A stretch of DNA of 63,863 nucleotides, counting the filler, from Octopus bimaculoides (lineage: Eukaryota), in NCBI RefSeq assembly GCF_001194135.2. It is 10 parts of 9 records of this genome, joined end to end, with 100 filler letters (N's around TTAATTAATTAA, not from the genome) between each part and the next. Parts side by side here need not be neighbours in the genome. Positions count along the whole stretch, not along the records: positions 50,751 to 56,509 come from NC_068996.1; positions 56,610 to 60,970 come from NC_069009.1; positions 61,071 to 62,273 come from NC_068986.1; positions 62,374 to 63,863 come from NW_026301682.1; 6 more parts are not named here. One strand, 5' to 3'. This document shows, one piece after another, positions 52,322 to 62,529 of the stretch. The notes beneath the pieces are model-generated. The model was given only the letters and a program-made list of their open reading frames with translations. It had not been told where the DNA came from and made no database searches. Positions within the stretch are counted from its first letter, which is position 1. Each line of letters opens with the position of its first letter. Both the position numbers and the translations under genes were made by a program.

Positions 52322-53360
52322 ATTATTTTTATTATTATTATTAAATGCCTGATGTGTTGCGCAGTGTACGTACGTCCGTCCATCCATCCATCATCCTTGC
52401 GCATGTTCAGTTCACAGCTGGACGAAGGCCTCAGCATGTTCTCTTCACCGACCATAATCTGATGTTTTCCTCATCCATGTTTGGGCGTTGAAGAATTTAA
52501 CAAAGTCTTCATTCCAACTTCTGCATGGTCTTCCTCTCCTTTTTTCTGGACGTGGTGTCCACTCTGTCAATTTGCTATTCCATCTATTAATATTATCCTT
52601 TCTTTTTAAATACATTTCCTGCAAAGGACCATATCAGGATTTTTATTTTCCATATAATATCCGTTAAACTGTTGCCACTCTTACCCTGTTGTTTCTCCTT
52701 TCAGCCATTTTGTTAATCATCAGCATTATCCTTTCCCTGGCTCTTTCTGTTGATTTTAATTTAATGCTCTTGTTGATGGTTCACGCTTCTGATGCATACG
52801 TTTATGGCAGGCATCAAAACACAGGTTGAAGATCATTCATTTTAGACACATGATTCAGTTTACCAAAGGATGCCCATCCTAATTGCATTCGTCGTTCAAT
52901 TCCTTTCGTTTTATTTTTATCTTTTCAGTAGATTATTCACACAAGATAGGTGTATTAGTTCACATGTTCCACTATTTCATGATCTGTTACTACATTTTCA
53001 GCTATGATTAGATGGTTTGGAAAGAGAATCGAAGGAGACTACGTGAAGTTATTAAAGAATGTGTACATCAGCTATAGAACTATAGCAATTATAAACAACA
53101 AAGCGATTGATATCAAAATTCGTGAAGGAGTCAGAGAAGGAAACACCCTATCACCCAAACTATTCTCATCCGTGTTAGAAAAAGATTTTAAAATCTCATA
53201 TTGGTCAGATAATGGAATAAATATAAATGAGGGCATGCTAAATCATCTCAAATTCATTTATGATATTGTACTCATTTCCAGGTGCATTAAGGAATTAACA
53301 GAAATGGTCAGAGAACTAAAAGAAAGCAAAATGTTGACTGAGAATTAATATTAATCAAAC
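52322..53360 (-). mobile_element. RTE-1-like LINE with inverted 5' segment
   Basis: 52340-53000 minus: EIERRMQLGWASFGKL..WSFAG..WTPRPEKRRGRP..EAFVQ plus (AAT)n tail; 53004-53360 plus: GVREGNTLSPKLF..LNHLKFIYDIVLI. Confidence 0.85.
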
Positions 53361-53369
53361 GTCAAGCAG

Positions 53370-53641
53370 CGATCTAGGAGAATTGTTAGAAAGCCGGACG
53401 AAACGCTTGACGGTATTTCGTCCGTCTTTACGTTGTGAATTCAAATTCCGCTGGGATCGACTTTTCCTTTCATCCTTTCAAAGTCAATATAATAAGTACC
53501 AGTGGAACACTGGGGTCCAGATAATCCATTTTTCCTTCGCCGAAATTGGTGGCCTTAAGTCAAAATTTGAAACCAATATAAGTCAAACGAAGATAATCTC
53601 TAATAGGTTGTGTGCGAGTGTGTATGCAAGTATGTATGTGT

Positions 53642-53690
<49 letters not shown>

Positions 53691-54109
53691 TGCATGTTTT
53701 GTTTGTCTGTACGTATATTTATATGCATTTGTGTTAGACACTTATAGTATGATAATTAGTGACCACAATGATGTGAAAGGAGTAGATTTGATGTGTATAT
53801 AAGCAATTTGGCAGCTGGGTTCTCAGGAACTTATCAAGTGATGTACACACCTGATGATAGGGTTCCAACAAGAGTCGAAAATTAATTAACTGTTCTTTCC
53901 TTCTTTATTTTATTTTTTGTTCAATCTCCGGAGAAATAGTTAAGCTTGCTATGTTTGTATGTCTATTACGTAGGTTTATACGTATATATGCGTGTGTGTG
54001 TGGCAAGCCGCGCAATACGCGCGCGCGCGCATCAATATACAGATACGAAATATAGACATTCATACACACATACACACAACACTCACAATACACACACATA
54101 TACGTGCGA

Positions 54110-54146
<37 letters not shown>

Positions 54147-54667
54147 ATAAGGAAAAACAAAAAAATGAGACATGCTTACCTCTTGATCACAGCGTTCTGT
54201 TCAATTGGGTCAAACCGAAGACTAAAAGACAACAACAATAACAACTACATAAGCAATATCAACAATATCGACACTTAATTGAAGTATTCTAAATGTGTTG
54301 TGTTTTAAATCCTAGAATAGTTCTGAAACAAAGGGAATAATTCTATTACTGTACCATTCATTGTTTTGTCTCTTTTTTTTTTCTGAGACATTTCTCGCAA
54401 GAACAATAGCAACATACGTCTGCTTTAACTTTTCAGACCTCTATTTATAAATTCTTCTCAAAGATAGATTCTAGGACATCAGGGTTTTGTCAGGATGTTA
54501 CTACTTCCTTCCGATTGATTTCCAACTGATTTTTAACATTATTGAACCGTTCGAACTCATTACCAAACCTTTTTGTGGTATTTACACTGATGTTTACTTC
54601 ATAACCTTGAAGATCGACATCGGCCACCAATGGCATCAATTGATAGCTTTCTTCGTTTATATTTCAC

Positions 54668-54736
<69 letters not shown>

Positions 54737-55530
54737 GATTCAGCGAGCTGGCAGAATCGTTAGAACGCTGGCTGAAATGCTTCGCTATATTTCGCCCATC
54801 GCTACGTTCTGACTTCAAATTCCACCGAGGTCGATTTTGTCTTTCATCCTATCAGGATCGATAAATAAGTACTTGTTGAGTACTAGGATCGTTGTAATCG
54901 ACACACACCCTCCCCCAAAATGGCTGCCCTTGTGGCAAAATTTGAAGCCATTATTATTATTATTGTCATTATTATTATTATTATTATTGAGGCGGCGGGC
55001 TGGCAAAATCGTTAGCAAGCCGGGCGAAAAGCTTAGCGGCATTTCGTCCGTATTTACGTTCTAAGTTCAAATTCCGCCAGGATCCACTTTGCCTTTCATA
55101 ATTTTGGGGTCGATAAAATAAGTACCAGTTACGCACTGGGGACGATGTAATCGACTTACGCTCACCTCCGAAATTGTTGACTTTGTGTCAAAATTTGAAA
55201 TCCTTACGCATCATCATAGTCAAGATGGACAAAGTTGACCTCGGCAGAATTTGAAGTCAGAACAGAAGAGCCGAAAATAAATGTCGCAAGGCATTTTTTC
55301 CAAACACTCTGGCCACTCCGGCCAACTCGGCGCCTTAAATGGTTTCTGATTAGGACATGGAGACACCAATTATTCTTAACAATCCAATCAAGTATTTGGT
55401 TGATACTATGTTTTATCGACTCCTGAAGAATGAAGAACAAAGTCCACCCCGGTAGGATTCAGGCACAAAGTATAAAGAGTCGGAAGAAATACCACAGGTC
55501 ATTATTTTGCCAACGCTCTAACGATTTTGC
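53370..55530. mobile_element. Cluster of five SINE family A copies (53370-53580 +, 54740-54960 +, 54988-55200 +, 55230-55338 -, 55350-55530 -)
   Basis: Repeated GAAATGC..GTTCTGA.TTCAAATTCC..TTTGCCTTTCAT..GTCGATAAA.TAAGTAC blocks separated by (TTA)n tails. Confidence 0.85.
53845..53896 (+). ncRNA. Degenerate hammerhead-like motif, homologue of the 33.2-kb element
   Basis: CTGATGA-TAGGGTTCCAACAAGAGTC-GAAA-A-TTAA-T-TA; the upstream 50 bp aligns by eye with 33232-33279. Confidence 0.35.
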
Positions 55531-55662
55531 CAAATCATAAAAATGCCACGCACACAGGCAAAGAATTAAAAAATAATAATACGTACATACTTACGTACAT
55601 ATATATACATGCATACATACATACATACATACATACATACATACATACTCATATATATATAT

Positions 55663-55739
<77 letters not shown>

Positions 55740-55770
55740 NNNNNNNNNNNNNNNNNNNNNNNNNNNNNNN

Positions 55771-55823
<53 letters not shown>

Positions 55824-56060
55824 TACATACGTATATATATATATATAGGGTAGAGCGGTATTGGTGTCTAGAAGACCCAAAGAGTGTCAGGTAACGCTAA
55901 GTAAGTGCTATGGATAGACCGTGGTTAAACTCTAGGTTCGATGATGATACGAGTGAGGAATCTAATGTGGGTCTAATATTAGCATGCATATATACATTAG
56001 ACAGAATGAGATAACAAATCCAATGCTGTGAGGAGATTTCAGGACATTTATAATGAAATA

Positions 56061-56108
56061 GTCTTACAGCTGTTTCTGGGATATTATGGATATCCCTTCA
56101 TCAGAGAC
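56061..56108 (-). ncRNA. Minimal type-I hammerhead ribozyme, intact core
   Basis: Reverse complement: GTCT-CTGATGA-A-GGGATAT-CCATA-ATATCCC-A-GAAA-C-AGCT-G-TA-AGAC. Stem I 4 bp, stem II 7 bp (A.A closing mismatch), 1-2-bp stem III with palindromic AGCU loop, GUA cleavage triplet. Confidence 0.75.
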
Positions 56109-56589
56109 GGTGTGAGAAAATATTTGAGTTCGAATTACTGTGGAAAAGGAGATAGAGAATATAGAGGGAAATAAGAGAATGAAAGTAGAAATATAAATAT
56201 AAAGATATTGTAGTTGCAGTTCCATTATTCGAGGAAAATGGTGTATAAAAGTGGTAAAAAAGTTTCCTGTACATGGGGTGTAAGTTCCAATAGTAGTTCA
56301 TGTTTAGTCATTTCAAAGTATGGAGCCGTGGATTCTGTGTTGCTCATTCGAAAGGATCTTGTGGTGTGAATGAAAATTTGAGAATGTATTGGTAGTATTT
56401 GTGGATAGATGGCGGGAGGAGAGATGTGTGTGATTAGAAAGAGGGATGTGTGTGATTAGAAAGAGGAGAAAGGTCACATCTAAAAGAGGAAGAGAAAATG
56501 AGAGGAAGANNNNNNNNNNNNNNNNNNNNNNNNNNNNNNNNNNNNNNNNNNNNTTAATTAATTAANNNNNNNNNNNNNNNNNNNNNNNN

Positions 56590-56940
56590 NNNNNNNNNNN
56601 NNNNNNNNNTCTATATATATGTATATGCATATCTATATATATGTATATGCATATCTATATATATATATGCATATCTATATATATATATGCATATCTATAT
56701 ATATATATATGCATATCTATATATATATATATATGCATATCTATATATATATATATGCATATCTATATGTATATATATGCATATCTATATCTATATATAT
56801 GCATATCTATATCTATATATATGCATATCTATATATATGCATATCTATATATATATATACGTATCTATATATATATATATCTATATATATATATATACAT
56901 ATCTATATATATATATATTTATATATACACATATCTATAT
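56590..56940. repeat. Variable-length minisatellite GCATATCT(AT)n
   Basis: About 15 GCATATCT (or variant) cores separated by (AT) tracts of differing length. Confidence 0.9.
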
Positions 56941-57287
56941 CTAAATGTACATTATATAAAATATCTAAGTACCCATTGAATGCTATCTACATTATGTAAA
57001 TATTTATGTATGCGTGTATGAGTGTATTTATGTATGTATGTATGTATGTATGTATGTATATATATATATTTATATTTATAAAATATAGAAATGACTTAGA
57101 TTAATTTTTAAGCAAAGCAGGACTGCATTGAACATTTTTAGGCTGTAGAATTTATATTTTACAGCTCTATTGTCTTTTGCCTACATCAAAACAAATGGTT
57201 TCACCATGCATGGTAATCTGTATGCTCTAAAGTTTATCTGAATGGAATGCCTTCAGAATTTTTAAGTAGTTATTTACACATAGTGGA

Positions 57288-57760
57288 AGCGCATGGCTTA
57301 GTTGTTTGGGTGTCGGAGTCATGATTTTGTGATCGTGGTTTCAATTCCTGGACCGTGCGATGCAATGCGTTCTTGAGCAAGACACTTCATTTCGCATTGC
57401 TTCCGTTCGCTCGGATGGTAAATAGTGACTAATCTTGCAATGGACCAGCATCTTGTCTATGGAGGAAAGACCAGGATTGTGGCGAGCTGGCAAAAACGTT
57501 AGCACGCCAGGCGAAATGCTTAGCGGTATTATGCCTGTCTTTACGATCTGAGTTCAAATTCCGCCGAGGTCGACTTTGCCTTTCATCCTTTCAGGGTCGA
57601 TAAATTAAGTACCAGTTATGCACTGGGGTCAATGTAATCGACTTGATTCCTTTGTCTGTCTTTGTTTGTCCCCTCTATGTTTAGCCCCTTGTGGGCAATA
57701 AAGAAATAAGAAAGACCAGGAAACCGGCCCTATGGTCCTGATGGAATAATGTGGACTAAA
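57288..57760 (+). mobile_element. SINE family C with a nested family A variant (57477-57709, 12-bp TSD)
   Basis: Head GCGCATGGCTTAGT..GTGGTTTCAATTCCTGG..TTCTTGAGCAAGACACTT; TSD GAAAGACCAGGA at 57465-57476 and 57710-57721. Confidence 0.8.
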
Positions 57761-57859
57761 TATATACTTGTGTGGGAGCATTGACAAGTGCCTTTACCCC
57801 TTGGGTGTCAGTGGGGTGCTGTAGCCATGCGGCGTATCTAAGGTGAGAAAGCCTGGTGG

Positions 57860-58300
57860 AGCCCTGTCCCTCTCCAGGCTAAACTCATTTTTGCCAGCGG
57901 AGTAGCCTGGAGTAACATGAGGTGAAGTGTTTTGCTCAAGAGCACAATGGATCACCCAGTCCAAGGATTGGAACCACAATCTTACATTTGTCACCACAAC
58001 AATCTAAGCACTAGACTATAGGTTATCAGTCCATCATGGGGTTCCTCATTTACAGCCGAGTAGACTGGGGCAATGTAAAATGAAGTGTTTTGCTCAAAAA
58101 GCACAACGGATTGCCCTGTTCAGGGATTGAAACCACGATGTCACAGTTGTGAATCCAACGCCCTAACCATCAAGCAAGACACCTCCACTAGAGGTAATCA
58201 TTTCTACAGCTGAGTGGATTGGAGTAACGTGAAGTGAATTGTCTTGCTCAAGAACGCAATGGATTGCCCAGTCCAGGGATTGAAACCACAATCTTACGAT
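57860..58300 (-). mobile_element. Head-to-tail trimer of SINE family C 5' portions
   Basis: TGAAGTGTTTTGCTCAAGA..CAA.GGAT..CCC.GT.CAGGGATTGAAACCAC recurs at about 57925, 58080 and 58230. Confidence 0.75.
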
Positions 58301-58541
58301 TGTATGGGAGCATTAAATGAATTCAGAATGTCTATTCTTTAGTCTGTACATACGTGTATGTATGTCTGCGTATTTGTATATGATCCATATATATATATGT
58401 GTGTATATATGAGTATATAAACATGTGTATCTATATATATATATATATATATATATTCATATCTATATGTATGTGTGTACATGTATATGTTCGTGTGTAC
58501 ACAGCCGCATATGTATACATGCACATTTGTGGACATATAAT

Positions 58542-58583
<42 letters not shown>

Positions 58584-58680
58584 TTGACAGGAAGGACAAA
58601 AAAAGAAAGAAAGAGACCTCGATATTATGCAAATAGAGGAATTTATCTGTAAAAATATGTGACACTTTTTCAGTAGCCAT

Positions 58681-58741
58681 GATAAAACTCCGAGTTTTGG
58701 ATGCCAGGGTGGGAGCCCACGCCAACACCTCTTCAGTTATC
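58681..58741 (-). ncRNA. Type-I hammerhead motif with G12A substitution
   Basis: Reverse complement: GATAA-CTGAAGA-GGTGTTGGCGTGGGCTCCCACCCTGGCATCC-AAAA-CT-CGG-AG-TT-TTATC. Stem I 5 bp, long stem II, stem III, GUU triplet. Confidence 0.6.
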
Positions 58742-59714
58742 CGGCCAATTGAAAATTCCAGTGAAAAATGTACGTTAAAATGGCCGGATAACTGAATAGA
58801 TGTTATATATATGTTATATATATATATATATATGTATGTATATATGTATGTATATATATATATNNNNNNNNNNNNNNNNNNNNNNNNNNNNNNNNNNNNN
58901 NNNNNNNNNNNNNNNNNNNNNNNNNNNNNNNNNNNNNNNNNNNNNNNNNNNNNNNNNNNNNNNGTATATATATGTGTATATATATGTGTATATATATGTG
59001 TATGTATATATATCTACGTATGTATTTGTGTGTGTGTGTGTTTGTTTACATCTGCACTTAATCTGAAAGTCATGTTATTGATCCCCTGATTCACTTTTGT
59101 AATTTGTTTCTGTCTATTAATTGCTCGCTCGCTTCGTATCTTTGAAGCCTTGTGGAATACGAGATCCCTTAATATGAAAAGAGGTAAGGTTTAGCATCAG
59201 GATGTGCATCCGTCTGCAAAAGAATGCTGCTATAACCCTTTGTTGATTGTTGCTCTTTGTTTTTACCTGCCCCAATTTTATTTTATTTTAGTTTTTTATT
59301 TTAATTTTTTTTTGTTTAAAACATTTAGATGAATTCGTTTTCAAATTAGCTACGTATTAGTATTAATGGATGTACTACTGCACTCCTATTACACACACAC
59401 ACACATATTAATTATACCTTCATATTATATATACACACACATAGGAATTTGTTACAAATCTGTGAATATGTATGTATAATGTACATGTTTTGTACACACA
59501 CACACACACACACATATATGTATGTATGTATGTATGTGAGTGTGTATATGTTTGTGTGTCTGTGTTTGTCCCCCCAAAACATCGCTTGACAATACGTATG
59601 CTTCCAGCATGAGTCGAGTACAGAGCAGTAACAAGGAATTGAAATGGCGAGAGAATAAGAAACTATGTCATGAAGTTCAGTGCTTTCCTAAATAAAATTG
59701 CACTTCATTTTTGA

Positions 59715-59795
59715 AGCTCTGATGAAGCACTAGGGTGATACACTAGCACTCAATTATGAGTGCATTGTATCCTATAGCTGAAACAGCAGTAAGCT
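59715..59795 (+). ncRNA. Type-I hammerhead ribozyme with extended stem II, intact core
   Basis: AGCT-CTGATGA-AGC..GATAC..GCACTCA-ATTA-TGAGTGC..GTATC..GCT-GAAA-C-AGCA-G-TA-AGCT. Confidence 0.7.
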
Positions 59796-60744
59796 GGTGA
59801 AGTTAATGATATAATTTCTTATTCCCATCTCCTGTTTATATATATNNNNNNNNNNNNNNNNNNNNNNNNNNNNNNNNNNNNNNNNNNNNNNNNNNNNNNN
59901 NNNNNNNNNNNNNNNNNNNNNNNNNNNNNNNNNNNNNNNNNNNNNNNNNNNNNNNNNNNNNNNNNNNNNNNNNNNNNNNNNNNNNNNNNNNNNNNNNNNN
60001 NNNNNNNNNNNNNNNNNNNNNNNNNNNNNNNNNNNNNNNNNNNNNNNNNNNNNNNNNNNNNNNNNNNNNNNNNNNNNNNNNNNNNNNNNNNNNNNNNNNN
60101 NTATATATATATATATATGATATGCATATATTTGTGCTCTTTCTACAGCATTAAAAGTATTTTAACTCTTGTTTCTAACAATGTAGGTGCTTTGGCATCC
60201 TCATGGTATCACATTGCACTTGACTGTTTATATTACACACACACACTAGCACACAGTCACATATATAGGTTTGGTAATAAGAAGAGGAAAATAAAACTTA
60301 TATAATACATTATATAGACACACATATACACAAGGGTGAGATCCAGGGATCCGAATGTAGGAAGTTTGTAAGTTTCCAGTAGTCTGTGTGAGGTATAGAG
60401 AACAGAAAAAAGTGGGCAGTGTACAATAAGGAACGATAATAATATATTGGCATCAACGGTTACACACTACACACATTTTCCTCGTATAGAATTTATGAGC
60501 AAATACAATAAGCTGATCAAGTAGAGTTGCTATGAATGTGAATAGAAATCCAAAGTGGAACTGGTGAAATCCAGGCTATATATGTTTTGTAGCTAGCTGA
60601 TCTTCTGATGTAGTAGTTACACAACACGGCGTGCTCATATTAGCTAAGTTGAGCACCCCTCATTGTGTAACTTACATCAGATTATCTTCTGGCTTAGAAA
60701 CATATGTAGGCAGCAGTTTACCTTTTCCACTCCCTCAATTTGTA

Positions 60745-60794
<50 letters not shown>

Positions 60795-61151
60795 TGGCAA
60801 AAGCTAAGAAAGTGACTAAAGTTGTTGATAGTTTTGTGCATGGCATGCACAAAACTCTTGACCCCAGAGTCACTTTGTTAGCTTCTCCTGATAAAAATAT
60901 TAAAAAACGTCACTTCACACATACATACACACACACACACATTTATATATGTTTCTGTTGTAGGCATAAGNNNNNNNNNNNNNNNNNNNNNNNNNNNNNN
61001 NNNNNNNNNNNNNNTTAATTAATTAANNNNNNNNNNNNNNNNNNNNNNNNNNNNNNNNNNNNNNNNNNNNTATATATATACATACATACATATATAACTA
61101 TGTGTGTGTATATATAAACGTGTATATAATTATATATACATGCGTATATCA

Positions 61152-61190
<39 letters not shown>

Positions 61191-62213
61191 TGTGTGTGTG
61201 TGTGTGTGTGTGAGTGTGTGTGTAGATATGTTTGTTTGTTCTTGTATATTTACGTATGTATGCAGGCATAGACCTTTCGATATGCCGTTTAATGAAAGTT
61301 ACGCTGCAGAGAAAGAAAGACAATGGGAGAGAGAGAGAGAGAGAGTGTAAGACAGTGTCCGCGGGAGCAGGTGCGTGCGTGCGTGCGTGTGTGAGTGTTA
61401 GTGTCAGTGTATGTGCCTGTGTGTGTGGTTGTATGACTGTGTGTTTGTCTTTGCGTGTCTCTTTGTGTATGTATGTTTGTGCATACAGGTGTGTGTGAGT
61501 GTCTGAGTGTATGTATGTATGTATATGTGTGAATGCGTGTGTTTTAGTTTGTCTGTGTGTGAGTGCAAGATATATCTTTGTGCGTAGATATACATCTTTC
61601 TGCGCCTGTGTGCCCGTCTGGTGGTTGTATCTGTGTATGTGTGCGTCTAAGTTTGTTTGCGAATCTATGTGTACGACACGTGTATGTCTGTGTGTGCTTT
61701 TGCTTGTGTGTATGTGTACTTTTACGTGTGACAGAGTGCATGTGGGTGTGTCTGGAACTGTGCACGTTTGTGTGAGTGTGTGTGGGGGGGGGGGCGTGGG
61801 TAGGTGAATGCATTGGTGGGTGCGTCAACAATACAGAGTATACAGATACATAATATTGGTATAATAGCACTATACTGAATCTAGTATGCCTGTTACGGTG
61901 GCTCTATGACTAACGCCGAATTCCTAGGGACGGGCAGATGCACAGATGCCGCCATGACATTCTGGGGCCTGAGAGCAAACATCGCATCACCCCCAGAAAT
62001 TCATGACATTTCAACGCTGGGACGTTTTTTCATCAACCCTCGGAAGCTACAAGGTAGATCTTGGAAGCGCAGGGTTTGAACTGAATACGTAATGAATCTC
62101 ATTAAATAGCAAGAGGTGGTTCGTCCATAATTCTCACAATTCTGTGAATTCCCCCACATACACTCAGACACACATACATAATAGAATCATACACACAAAA
62201 ACTTACTCCTTCT

Positions 62214-62273
<60 letters not shown>

Positions 62274-62529
62274 NNNNNNNNNNNNNNNNNNNNNNNNNNN
62301 NNNNNNNNNNNNNNNNNTTAATTAATTAANNNNNNNNNNNNNNNNNNNNNNNNNNNNNNNNNNNNNNNNNNNNAATCCTCTATTACAATGGAAATCTATA
62401 CTATATTATCTCTAGAAGCTTTTCCAAAACCGCTGCTGCTATTGGTAAATTATACATTGGTATGGCCTGCCTAAAGACCTAATATTATACTATAATGTAC
62501 TATAATACCCGGTCATATTGCAATTTATT

